Shown piece by piece: positions 1-7,692 of a stretch of 31,418 bases of DNA. Made by a program: the position numbers and the translations under genes. The stretch lies in IMG/VR virus record IMGVR_UViG_3300049173_000043, positions 1-31,418 of that record. The stretch is one strand, 5' to 3'. Every line of letters begins with the position of its first letter. The first letter of the stretch is position 1. The stretch comes from a virus. Its lineage: Duplodnaviria > Caudoviricetes. The notes beneath the pieces were generated by a model. It saw only the letters and a list, made by a program, of their open reading frames with translations, made no database searches and had not been told where the DNA came from.

Positions 1-1
1 C

Positions 2-250
2 GACAACGACCGTGGCGGCCGCTCCTTCGAGCGTCGCGACGACCGTGGTGGGCACCGGGGCAGCGACCGTCCGTTCAACCGCGACCGGCAGGGCGGCGAC
101 CGCCCGGGCTTCCGCTCCGGCGGCCACGAGCGCCCGTACGGCCGTCGTGACGACCACCGCGGCACCGGCACCGGCACCGGCAGCGGCACCGGCACCGGCT
201 CGTCCTTCGGCCGTCGTGACGAGAAGCCGCGCTGGAAGCGCAACGGCTGA
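2..250 (+). CDS. 3' end of a probable DEAD/DEAH-box RNA helicase (partial; R/G/D-rich tail)
   Basis: The frame from base 2 reads DNDRGGRSFERRDDRGGHRG...GTGTGTGSGTGTGSSFGRRDEKPRWKRNG* with TGA at 248-250. This low-complexity RGD tail is typical of Streptomyces DEAD-box helicases. Not in the ORF track. No catalytic motifs are visible. Confidence 0.6.
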   Translation, partial: DNDRGGRSFERRDDRGGHRGSDRPFNRDRQGGDRPGFRSGGHERPYGRRDDHRGTGTGTGSGTGTGSSFGRRDEKPRWKRNG

Positions 251-271
251 CGCCGACTGATCTGACACATC

Positions 272-307
272 GAAGGGCCCGTACGACTCCGGTCGTACGG
301 GCCCTTC
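272..307 (+). terminator. Intrinsic terminator hairpin
   Basis: Perfect 16-bp inverted repeat GAAGGGCCCGTACGAC-tccg-GTCGTACGGGCCCTTC followed by a pyrimidine-rich tract, just after the stop at 250. Confidence 0.85.
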
Positions 308-410
308 TGTCTTGCCTTCTCCTTGCTTCCCCTCGTGTCCCCGCGTCCCCGCCGGTTTTCAGCCACGGTGTGGCGCATGTCACGCCCTCCGGGAGGGAAT
401 TGCTGGGGGC

Positions 411-1985
411 ATGACAGATGACGACATAGCCCGTGGGGCAACCGGGGCTTCGGCCCCGGACTCTGTGTCGGTCTCGGTGTCCGACGAGGAACGGCTCGCC
501 CAGCTGGGCTACACGCAGGTCCTCGCCCGCCGTATGTCCGCGTTCTCCAACTACGCGGTCTCCTTCACGATCATCTCGGTCCTGTCCGGCTGTATGACGC
601 TCTATCTCTTCGGCATGAACACCGGCGGGCCCGCGGTGATCACCTGGGGCTGGGTCGCGGTCGGTCTGATGACGCTCTTCGTCGGTCTGGCCATGGCCGA
701 GATCTGTTCGGCCTATCCGACCTCCGCCGGCCTGTACTTCTGGGCCCATCGACTGGCGCCGGAGCACAGCGCGGCCGCCTGGGCGTGGTTCACGGGCTGG
801 TTCAACGTCCTCGGCCAGGTCGCCGTGACCGCCGGCATCGACTTCGGCGCGGCGTCCTTCCTGGCGGCCTATCTGAACCTGGAGTTCGGCTTCGAGGTGA
901 CCCCGGGCCGGACGATCCTGCTGTTCGCCGCGATCCTGCTGCTGCACGGCCTCCTGAACACCTTCGGCGTCCGCGTCGTCGGCCTGCTGAACAGCATCAG
1001 CGTGTGGTGGCACGTCGTGGGCGTGGTCGTCATCGTCGGAGCGCTCGTCGTCGTCCCCGACAGCCATCAGTCGGCGTCCTTCGTGTTCACCGAGTTCGTC
1101 AACAACACGGGCTGGGGCAGCGGGCTGTACGTGGTGCTGCTGGGCCTGCTGATGGCGCAGTACACGTTCACCGGGTACGACGCCTCCGCCCATATGACCG
1201 AGGAGACGCACGACGCGTCGACGGCCGGCCCCAAGGGCATCGTCCAGTCCATCTGGACGTCCTGGGTGGCGGGCTTCGTCCTCCTCCTCGGCTTCACCTT
1301 CGCCATCCAGTCCTACGACGGCGCCCTGAAGTCGGAGACCGGGGTGCCGCCGGCGCAGATCCTGCTGGACGCGCTCGGCGCGACCGGCGGCAAACTGCTC
1401 CTCCTCGTCATCATCGGCGCGCAGCTCTTCTGCGGTATGGCCTCCGTCACCGCCAACAGCCGCATGATCTACGCCTTCTCGCGCGACGGCGCCCTCCCGT
1501 TCTCGCACATCTGGCACACGGTCAGCCCCCGCACCCGCACCCCCGTGGCGGCGGTCTGGCTGGCGGCGGGCGGAGCGCTGGTGCTGGGTCTCCCGTATCT
1601 GATCAATGTCACGGCGTATGCCGCCGTCACCTCGATCGCGGTGATCGGCCTCTACATCGCGTACGTCATCCCGACCCTGCTGCGGCTGCGCAAGGGCGAC
1701 GCGTTCGAACGGGGGCCCTGGCATCTGGGCCGTTGGTCGCGGGGGATCGGCCTCATCGCGGTGGTCTGGGTCCTCGTCATCACCGTCCTGTTCATGCTTC
1801 CGCAGCTGTCCCCGGTCACCTGGGAGAACTTCAACTACGCCCCCGTCGCCGTGCTCGTGGTGCTGGGCTTCGCGGCGATCTGGTGGGCCGCCTCCGCCCG
1901 CCACTGGTTCCTCAACCCCGAGCACGAGCGCAGCGTGGCCCGGGAAGCGGCACGGAAGGGGGCACCGGAGCCGATCGATCCGTAG
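411..1985 (+). CDS. APC-superfamily amino acid/polyamine permease
   Basis: About 12 hydrophobic segments, with motifs EERLAQLGYTQVLAR, AEICSAYPTSAGLYFW, GYDASAHMTEET and SRMIYAFSRDG. ATG at 411 chosen as the start. Confidence 0.92.
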   Translation: MTDDDIARGATGASAPDSVSVSVSDEERLAQLGYTQVLARRMSAFSNYAVSFTIISVLSGCMTLYLFGMNTGGPAVITWGWVAVGLMTLFVGLAMAEICSAYPTSAGLYFWAHRLAPEHSAAAWAWFTGWFNVLGQVAVTAGIDFGAASFLAAYLNLEFGFEVTPGRTILLFAAILLLHGLLNTFGVRVVGLLNSISVWWHVVGVVVIVGALVVVPDSHQSASFVFTEFVNNTGWGSGLYVVLLGLLMAQYTFTGYDASAHMTEETHDASTAGPKGIVQSIWTSWVAGFVLLLGFTFAIQSYDGALKSETGVPPAQILLDALGATGGKLLLLVIIGAQLFCGMASVTANSRMIYAFSRDGALPFSHIWHTVSPRTRTPVAAVWLAAGGALVLGLPYLINVTAYAAVTSIAVIGLYIAYVIPTLLRLRKGDAFERGPWHLGRWSRGIGLIAVVWVLVITVLFMLPQLSPVTWENFNYAPVAVLVVLGFAAIWWAASARHWFLNPEHERSVAREAARKGAPEPIDP

Positions 1986-2142
1986 GGACGGGCGCACCAG
2001 TCAACTCGCCCGACTTCCGCCGATCTTCCGTCCGTTCTGTTCTGCGGCGGACCTTTTTGCGGCCCTCCGACGCGGCCGGGTCACCGATACCCGATCGGAC
2101 TCCCGGCCACGTCCGGCTATGCTCGGGGAGGCAACATCGCCT

Positions 2143-2215
2143 GGGCCCTTAGCTCAATTGGCAGAGCAGTGGACTTTTAATCCATTGGTTGTGGGTTCGA
2201 GTCCCACAGGGCCTA
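2143..2215 (+). tRNA. tRNA-Lys (anticodon TTT); probable integration target
   Basis: Cloverleaf: acceptor GGGCCCT/AGGGCCT-A, D-arm AGCTCAATTGGCAGAGC, anticodon arm GTGGA-CTTTTAA-TCCAT, T-arm GTGGGTTCGAGTCCCAC. CCA is not encoded. Confidence 0.97.
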
Positions 2216-2220
2216 CGCAA

Positions 2221-2257
2221 GAGCCCCCAGCTCAGAGGTACTTAGAGCTGGGGGCTC
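2221..2257 (+). terminator. Hairpin after the tRNA (element-supplied terminator)
   Basis: 13-bp inverted repeat GAGCCCCCAGCTC (2221-2233) / GAGCTGGGGGCTC (2245-2257), followed by agtcgttttc. Confidence 0.75.
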
Positions 2258-2285
2258 AGTCGTTTTCGTACCGTCTCGTGTCGTC

Positions 2286-2307
2286 CTGCTGGCCCGCTGC
2301 TGGCCCG
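2286..2307. repeat. Tandem 11-bp direct repeat; candidate integrase arm-type sites
   Basis: CTGCTGGCCCG twice in tandem about 70 bp inside the tRNA junction, where arm sites of tyrosine integrases usually lie. Confidence 0.55.
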
Positions 2308-2561
2308 AAATCCTGGGCTCCTGCCATGGCAGGTGGGCGTAAGAAGCGAGGGCGGTCGCCTCGAAAGGCGACCGCCCTGCCCCGCCTCAGGCGCCCTGTC
2401 CGAGGCCTTGCGGCCCCAACGCCTTCGGCGGACTCGTCCCGCTCCCGGAGCGTGCGGCGTCCGGCAGCGGGCGTCTAAAGTGCTTGCCCGCCATCTACAA
2501 GATCACACAATGTAGGTTCACTCCTACAGACCGGCGATCATGAAACGGCCAGCGTGGGCGA

Positions 2562-2798
2562 GTGCCATCTGCCTCGCCCCCGCCCGACTGGGTGCTGTCC
2601 CGCCGCCGGGCCATCGGAGAGAGCATCCGCGCCGCCAGGCATCAGGCATCCCTCACTCAGGAAGCCGTCGCCCTTCGAGCCGGAGTGGACCGGGCCTCGT
2701 ACAACCGGATCGAGCAGGGCCACCAGAGCCCACTGCTCGACACGCTGATCCGGATCGCCGACGCCATCGGCGCAGATCTCTCCGACTTGGTGCGGTGA
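2562..2798 (+). CDS. XRE-family HTH regulator
   Basis: IGESIRAARHQASLTQEAVALRAGVDRASYNRIEQG...LLDTLIRIADAIG is a classic HTH_3 signature. Confidence 0.88.
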   Translation: MPSASPPPDWVLSRRRAIGESIRAARHQASLTQEAVALRAGVDRASYNRIEQGHQSPLLDTLIRIADAIGADLSDLVR

Positions 2799-2815
2799 GC
2801 CCGCAGCCTCGGGGG

Positions 2816-2965
2816 TCAACGCCGTTCAGCCGGCGCGCTCTGGCGGGGCTTCGGCCTGCACCAGCGCTTGCACACCTGGACGGTGGATCCGGAGCCGCTC
2901 GACCCCAGGTTGGTGATGGTGTCGTAGCCGCCCGTTAGGGGCTTGTCGCAGCGTGCGCAGAACAT
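2816..2965 (-). CDS. Cys-rich microprotein (49 aa)
   Basis: MFCARCDKPL...VCKRWC. The ATG overlaps the upstream stop (TGATG). Confidence 0.6.
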   Translation of the reverse strand: MFCARCDKPLTGGYDTITNLGSSGSGSTVQVCKRWCRPKPRQSAPAERR

Positions 2966-3192
2966 CAGGCGTCTCCTCGCGTGTCGGTTTCCGGGGTGGT
3001 GCTGTCGGGTCGCGCGCAGTCGGAGCAGGCCCAGACCTCGACGCTGAGGTCGTGGGCGCCCATGCGGCCCTGGGCTCTGCCGAGGCTGACGGCGCCGCTC
3101 CAGATGGCCTTGCCGCAGAGGCAGCACGCCCACCCGGAGGACTGAGCCCACGTCAGGCCTATGACGGGGGGCGGCTCGGGGAGGCGGCTCAC
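2965..3192 (-). CDS. Zinc-ribbon-like small protein (75 aa)
   Basis: WACCLCGK...WACSDC. GTGA overlap with the upstream gene. Confidence 0.65.
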   Translation of the reverse strand: MSRLPEPPPVIGLTWAQSSGWACCLCGKAIWSGAVSLGRAQGRMGAHDLSVEVWACSDCARPDSTTPETDTRGDA

Positions 3193-3353
3193 GGCCGGTC
3201 CGCCAGGGGGACGAGGCCGTTCGCGATGCGGCAGCGCTCGCACGCGAACAGCTTTCCGGCGGTGCCGAGCTGCACGAGGCGGGCGGTGTCGCTCAGCCCG
3301 TTGTGCCAGCTGCACCAGGCGATCAGCCGCGGGGGCTCCGGCTGCTCGGTCAT
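3189..3353 (-). CDS. Cys/His microprotein (54 aa)
   Basis: MTEQPEPPRLIAWCSWH...FACERCR. ATGA overlap with the upstream gene and an AGGGGA RBS. Confidence 0.65.
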   Translation of the reverse strand: MTEQPEPPRLIAWCSWHNGLSDTARLVQLGTAGKLFACERCRIANGLVPLADRP

Positions 3354-3688
3354 CGCCGTTCCCCTAACTGCGCCCACAGTCCGCACTCGTCGGTCGTCAT
3401 GCCGGACTGGTTGGCCAGGCCGGACACGATCAGCCAGCCGGGGCCGTGGCTGTAGAGCAGGGGGATCTGGTCGGGGCCGCGCGCGGTGACGCGGATGCGG
3501 GGGCCGGCGGTCGAGAGGGTCATCTCGACGACGTCGGCTCCCGAGCCGAGTACAGCCACGAACAGTTCGTGTGCGATCTGCGGGGCGTCGGGGTGCTTGA
3601 CGCGGCCGGCGGTCCACAGCCGGACGTGGGTCGCTTCGATGGGCAGACCCTTGAATGGCTTTTGCCACGTCTGGCCGGACTCGGGCAT
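3350..3688 (-). CDS. Degenerate HATPase_c/RsbW-like (anti-sigma-type) protein (112 aa)
   Basis: WQKPFKGLP..VRLW, AHELFVAVL, IRVTARGP and HGPGWLIVSGLA..GLWAQL follow the layout of Streptomyces RsbW-like ATP-binding proteins, but key residues are altered. In-frame TTA at 3365-3367. Confidence 0.55.
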   Translation of the reverse strand: MPESGQTWQKPFKGLPIEATHVRLWTAGRVKHPDAPQIAHELFVAVLGSGADVVEMTLSTAGPRIRVTARGPDQIPLLYSHGPGWLIVSGLANQSGMTTDECGLWAQLGERR

Positions 3689-3712
3689 AGCTGACCCCCG
3701 GAAACCCTGGTT

Positions 3713-3803
3713 ATCTGAGTACAGGTAACGCTTATCTGTACTCAGATTGTCGCCGAGATTGGCGCGGGTCAAGCGGGACGGGAGAGTATGTGTACTCAGA
3801 TTG
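3713..3803. promoter_or_regulatory. Operator repeats in the divergent promoter region
   Basis: 12-bp inverted repeat ATCTGAGTACAG (3713-3724) / CTGTACTCAGAT (3736-3747), plus a 13-bp direct repeat TGTACTCAGATTG at 3737 and 3791. Confidence 0.7.
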
Positions 3804-3832
3804 ACTCGATCATTCGAAGTGGGGGTGTCTCG

Positions 3833-4588
3833 GTGGCACAGCCTGAGTACCTGCGAATCGCCGCCGACCTGCGGCGACGCATCTCCTCCGGCGAGTACGG
3901 GCCCGGCGACCAGATCCCCACGCTCCCCGCCCTCTGCCGCGAGTACGGCGTCTCCGATACCACCATCCGCAACGCGCTCCGCCTGCTCGCCAACGAGGGC
4001 CTCATCGAGACCCGGGCCCGCGCCGGCACCCGCGTGAGGCCCCGGCCACCCGTCCACCGCATGGCCGCCGACCGCTACCGGACCAAGCCCGGCGCCAAGT
4101 CGACGCCGTTCACGCGAGACCAGGGCATCGGCTGGTCCGAGTACCGCCTCGACAAGCGGTTCGAGAAGGTTCAGGCGGACGCCGAGTTGGCGGCCCTCTT
4201 CGAGTGCGAGGTGGGCGAGCGACTGCTGGCCCGGCACTTCGTGTTCTACGACAACGACCAGCCCACCCAGATGAGCACGTCCTACGTGCGATGGGCGGAC
4301 GTCGCCGGGACACCGGTCGCCGACCCGATCAACGAGCCGTGGCCGGGCGGGACTCGGGCACAGATGGCCAGCCTCGGCATCACGGTGAAGCGGATCACGG
4401 AGTCGTTCACGTCGGCCATGCCCACCGAGCTGGAGGCGGCGACCCTGCGGATCGGCGCCGGGGTGCCGGTGCTGCGGTACACCCGCCGCCACATCGCTGA
4501 CACGGGCCGGATCGTCGAGGTGGCCCACCCGATCGTGCGACGCGGCGACACCACCGTCGTCGACTTCGCCATCGACCTCGACGACTGA
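3833..4588 (+). CDS. GntR/HutC-family repressor with UTRA domain (KorSA/TraR-like)
   Basis: wHTH YLRIAADLRRRISSGEYGPGDQIPTLPALCREYGVSDTTIRNALRLLANEGLI and a C-terminal UTRA-like domain. GTG at 3833 after GGGGGTG. Confidence 0.9.
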   Translation: MAQPEYLRIAADLRRRISSGEYGPGDQIPTLPALCREYGVSDTTIRNALRLLANEGLIETRARAGTRVRPRPPVHRMAADRYRTKPGAKSTPFTRDQGIGWSEYRLDKRFEKVQADAELAALFECEVGERLLARHFVFYDNDQPTQMSTSYVRWADVAGTPVADPINEPWPGGTRAQMASLGITVKRITESFTSAMPTELEAATLRIGAGVPVLRYTRRHIADTGRIVEVAHPIVRRGDTTVVDFAIDLDD

Positions 4589-4606
4589 CCCCGAGCATGA
4601 CGAAAA

Positions 4607-4644
4607 CGCCCCCTGCACGGCCGCTGTGGGCCGTGCAGGGGGCG
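4607..4644. terminator. Bidirectional terminator between convergent genes
   Basis: 16-bp inverted repeat CGCCCCCTGCACGGCC-gctgtg-GGCCGTGCAGGGGGCG. Confidence 0.8.
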
Positions 4645-4655
4645 CTGTCGTGGGG

Positions 4656-5273
4656 CTACGGGTACTGGCGGCGGGTGGGATCGAGAGCGGCGAGCGGGTT
4701 GTTGCCGTTGCCAGGTTCGTCGGGCTGCGGGGCACCGTCACGACGGCAGATGAGCGCGTCGGGGTCGTCGGCCGGCGCCTGGAGGCTGTACCCGTCGGGG
4801 CAGGCCTGCCCGTCTTCCCCATCTCTCCCGTCCGCCCCACGCTCGCCCTGAGGCCCGGCCGGCCCCGGCTCGCCCTGGGGTCCTGGCGGTCCCGCCGGGC
4901 CGGTCACGGACTCGCCGTCCTGGCCCGGTTCCCCGGGCTGTCCAGCGGCCCCGGGGGTGCCGTCCTCGCCGTCCGCCCCGGGCTTGCCCGTGGCGTTCGC
5001 TCCTGACGGTCCCGGTGGCCCGGGTGGACCCGACGGCCCTGGCGGTCCGGTCACGGATGCGCCCGGCTCGCCTCGGGATCCGGGCGGCCCGGCGACGGGC
5101 TTCCCCCCGAGCTGCTGCACCTGCGAGGCCAGCGCATCTCGTGCCTGGTTCGCGGTGCGCAGGTCGTGCGTCAACTGCGATGTCTGCCACCAGATGTACG
5201 CCACCAACAGAGCGAGCAGGATGCCCATGAGCAGGGCGATCGGATCGCGGCGTGGCACTCTGTGCGCGCTCAC
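4656..5273 (-). CDS. Membrane-anchored collagen-like protein
   Basis: N-terminal TM segment, short coiled coil, long interrupted Gly-X-Y run, and a C-terminal CPDGY...LICRR. Confidence 0.85.
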   Translation of the reverse strand: MSAHRVPRRDPIALLMGILLALLVAYIWWQTSQLTHDLRTANQARDALASQVQQLGGKPVAGPPGSRGEPGASVTGPPGPSGPPGPPGPSGANATGKPGADGEDGTPGAAGQPGEPGQDGESVTGPAGPPGPQGEPGPAGPQGERGADGRDGEDGQACPDGYSLQAPADDPDALICRRDGAPQPDEPGNGNNPLAALDPTRRQYP

Positions 5274-5581
5274 GAGCCCCCCTTGTTGGCGTTGTACAGC
5301 TGGATCGCCAGCAGCAGTACGGGCACGACGAGACTGAAGAAGATCAGGCGACGGTCCGTCTGCCGCTGCCGGTCCTTCTCCGCAGCCTGCTCCTCGAGCT
5401 TCGCGACGCGGCTGACGAGGGCGGTGTGCCGCTCGTCCTGCGCCTGCTGGCCGAGGCGGAGGATCTCCGTGTCGACTTTCTGGGCGACGAGCGCGACGAC
5501 TCCGTGGAGGTCCTCCTTCAGGTCCTGGCGGACGTCCTCCAGGCGGCGGACTACTTCACCGGTCGTCGGGTCGTCGGGCAC
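5270..5581 (-). CDS. Coiled-coil membrane protein of the lysis cassette
   Basis: Heptad-rich N-terminus and a single C-terminal TM ([17 protein letters not shown]), located after the holin. Confidence 0.7.
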   Translation of the reverse strand: MPDDPTTGEVVRRLEDVRQDLKEDLHGVVALVAQKVDTEILRLGQQAQDERHTALVSRVAKLEEQAAEKDRQRQTDRRLIFFSLVVPVLLLAIQLYNANKGGS

Positions 5582-5597
5582 GTGCAGCTCCGATCAG

Positions 5598-5825
5598 TCA
5601 GGCGTCGCTGCGCGGGGTGTGCGGTGCTGCCCACCCGCCGATCGCGGCGGCGGCCGCGGGCAGCATCGCGAGGACGAACGGCTCCAGCGCGTCGGGCATG
5701 GAGCTGATGAGGGACGGGTCGTCGGTGACGGCGCCGACGATCGCCAGCCCGGCGACGCCCACCAGGTAGGTGAGCGCGGTCGCCAGCTTGACCTTCTTCT
5801 CGATGGGTGCGGACGGTGATGCCAT
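5598..5825 (-). CDS. Holin
   Basis: 75 aa with two TM segments, APIEKKVKLAT...GGWAAPHTPR, directly downstream of the endolysin. Confidence 0.8.
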   Translation of the reverse strand: MASPSAPIEKKVKLATALTYLVGVAGLAIVGAVTDDPSLISSMPDALEPFVLAMLPAAAAAIGGWAAPHTPRSDA

Positions 5826-5834
5826 GGTGCTACC

Positions 5835-6623
5835 TCACTTCTTGGGGAGCTTGAGGGTCTGGCCCGGCGTGATGTCGTCCGGGTTCTTGAGGGAGTTGAG
5901 GTCGGCGATCTCTCGCCACCGGTTCCCGTCGCCGAGCTTCGACGCGGCGATCGACCAGAGGGTGTCGCCCTTGGCCACGGTGTACGAGGCGGTCCCGCCG
6001 GGCGACCAGGAAGCCGGGTGCTTCAGACGCTCGGCAACGCGGGCCCGCACGTCCGGCATGGTGATGCCAGGCCCGCGCGGGTCGACCTTGCCCGGCTGCC
6101 ACTCGCGGTGCCCGATGACCGAGGTGTTGCCGTCCTTGCCCCAGCCGTGCGCCCGCACCAGGGCGGCCGACGCGCGCACGATCGCCTCGACCTGGGCAGC
6201 GGGCCACGGGTCCTGGCCGTCGCCGAGGTTCTCGCACTCGAAGCCGTAGAAGTGGCGGTTGCCGTCGGTGTTCGCCTCGTTCGGTGCGGGCAGTGTCTTC
6301 TCCGCGATGACCGCACGGAGGACGTCGTCGTCGCCGAGGCCGGCGTGGTTGGTGCGGCCGTAACCGACGACATGCACGGTGCCGTCCTTGGTGATGACGC
6401 CGTGGCAGAGCGGGCCCGGCAGCTGGGTGTAGCCGTCGCGGCAGATCCGCACTGTGGCGTCCGTGCCTCGGGTCACGGTGTGGTGGATCATCACGCCGTG
6501 GACGGGCCCCCACGGGCCCATGTGGTTGCGGTTGTGGTCCTCCCAGTCGTCGACCTCGACGACCTTCACTCCCTCGGCTTTCAGCGCGGCGAGGAACTTG
6601 GACGCGCTCAGGGGGGCCGCCAT
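5835..6623 (-). CDS. Endolysin: N-acetylmuramoyl-L-alanine amidase (Amidase_2) plus LysM
   Basis: VMIHHT, NHAG, GFECEN and IGHREWQPGKVDP Zn-amidase motifs. C-terminal YTVAKGDTLWSIA...ITPGQTLKLP LysM. ATG at 6623. Confidence 0.93.
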   Translation of the reverse strand: MAAPLSASKFLAALKAEGVKVVEVDDWEDHNRNHMGPWGPVHGVMIHHTVTRGTDATVRICRDGYTQLPGPLCHGVITKDGTVHVVGYGRTNHAGLGDDDVLRAVIAEKTLPAPNEANTDGNRHFYGFECENLGDGQDPWPAAQVEAIVRASAALVRAHGWGKDGNTSVIGHREWQPGKVDPRGPGITMPDVRARVAERLKHPASWSPGGTASYTVAKGDTLWSIAASKLGDGNRWREIADLNSLKNPDDITPGQTLKLPKK

Positions 6624-6856
6624 CACACACGCTCCGGCCAGTGCCAGGTGCCGCCGACGGTTCCGCTCTCGTCGTGCGTGATCTCCCTGTTGAAGAACAT
6701 CCCGGTGGGGTTCAGGACGGCGAGTCCGACGAGGTCGGGGTTGATGACCTCGGTGACGATCGCGGCGCGGCACTCGCGGGTGTACTCGCCGCCCGGGGTT
6801 CCGTAGCTGACGTAGTGGACGACCTGTCCGACGGATGGAGTGGGCTGCTCAGGCAC
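6623..6856 (-). CDS. Phage hypothetical protein (77 aa)
   Basis: PSVGQVVHY...RAAIVTEV...GTWHWPERV. GGAGG RBS; coupled to the endolysin. Confidence 0.75.
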   Translation of the reverse strand: MPEQPTPSVGQVVHYVSYGTPGGEYTRECRAAIVTEVINPDLVGLAVLNPTGMFFNREITHDESGTVGGTWHWPERV

Positions 6857-6870
6857 GGTGCCTCCAGGGC

Positions 6871-6904
6871 ATGAAGAACGCCCCGGCCTGGTGGCTCGGG
6901 GCGG
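6871..6904 (-). repeat. Intergenic hairpin/RBS element, copy 1
   Basis: 29/34 identical to 7429-7462; a GC hairpin followed by TTCTTCAT on the minus strand. Confidence 0.65.
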
Positions 6905-6919
6905 CGGGGCGGAGCGGGA

Positions 6920-7414
6920 CTAGGGGTGCTCGACGTCGGTGATGACGAGCTTGAATTCGGCGAGCGTGACCTTGACGGCGGTGCTCGCGTTGTGGCGGAC
7001 CATCAGCCCGAGCGGGGTGGACGGGTTGACGAACAGGCCCCACGTCTTCGCGCGGTACTGACCGCCCGGGGTGGCGGCGTCGTCCTCGGTACACGTGGAG
7101 TCGTAGCCGCCTGCGATGCCCAGCGGGTCGCGTACGACACGGGAGCGGACCTCGGTGTAGCCGCCGGCCTCCCAGTAGACGAGGCCGTGCACCGTGCCCC
7201 AGCCATTCTTCGAGGGCCAGACCAGACCGGAGCGGTCATCGCGTGACCAGCTGCTCACCGAGTAGGCGTCCGGCTGCATGGCGTCGTGCATGCCCCACGC
7301 GTCGTACGACTCCTCGCCGATGGCGTACGGGAACCGGAGGAGGTGGTACTCCCCGTCGGCGGGGATGGACTGCGGGGTGTCGGATATCAGCGAGACGACG
7401 CGGACTCCACTCAA
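6920..7414 (-). CDS. Hypothetical, possibly tail-associated beta-rich protein (164 aa)
   Basis: TTG start after GGAGGT; lies between the tail genes and the lysis cassette. Confidence 0.7.
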   Translation of the reverse strand: MSGVRVVSLISDTPQSIPADGEYHLLRFPYAIGEESYDAWGMHDAMQPDAYSVSSWSRDDRSGLVWPSKNGWGTVHGLVYWEAGGYTEVRSRVVRDPLGIAGGYDSTCTEDDAATPGGQYRAKTWGLFVNPSTPLGLMVRHNASTAVKVTLAEFKLVITDVEHP

Positions 7415-7428
7415 CCGGACCTCCAGAG

Positions 7429-7462
7429 ATGACGAAGGCCCCGGCCGGATGGCGCGGGGCGG
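7429..7462 (-). repeat. Intergenic hairpin/RBS element, copy 2
   Basis: ATGACGAAGGCCCCGGCCGGATGGCGCGGGGCGG versus ATGAAGAACGCCCCGGCCTGGTGGCTCGGGGCGG at 6871. Confidence 0.65.
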
Positions 7463-7480
7463 GGCGGTGGGGCGCGAAGG

Positions 7481-7678
7481 TCAGACGGGAGTCTGCGCGA
7501 TGTGGTGGCGGGTGGCGGTGACGCTGGTGACACCGTCCACGGCCGCGAGCCGCTCGCTCACGGCGGTGACGATGTCGTCCTCGGTGACGGCCAGGTCCCC
7601 GCTCGTGCACTGGACGAGCGCGGTGGCCCGGGCGCCGTCGGTGTTCCTGGCCTGCACCTCGATGTAGGGGTAGTCCAT
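7481..7678 (-). CDS. Small tail-region protein (65 aa), possible fibre chaperone
   Basis: MDYPYIEVQARN...; GAGGA RBS; follows the putative fibre gene. Confidence 0.6.
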   Translation of the reverse strand: MDYPYIEVQARNTDGARATALVQCTSGDLAVTEDDIVTAVSERLAAVDGVTSVTATRHHIAQTPV

Positions 7679-7692
7679 GGGTTCCTCTCGGT

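Noticed and set aside
161-199. GGCACC tandem repeat
   Set aside because: Encodes a Gly-Thr linker in the helicase tail; not a CRISPR array or a regulatory repeat.
75-1997. 640-aa minus-strand ORF
   Set aside because: Antisense shadow of the permease, typical of high-GC DNA; no motifs.
2119-2478. 119-aa ORF over the tRNA
   Set aside because: It is a translation of the tRNA sequence and the att region.
3350-4840. 496-aa minus-strand ORF
   Set aside because: Only the last 112 codons look real; the rest is antisense to the GntR gene.
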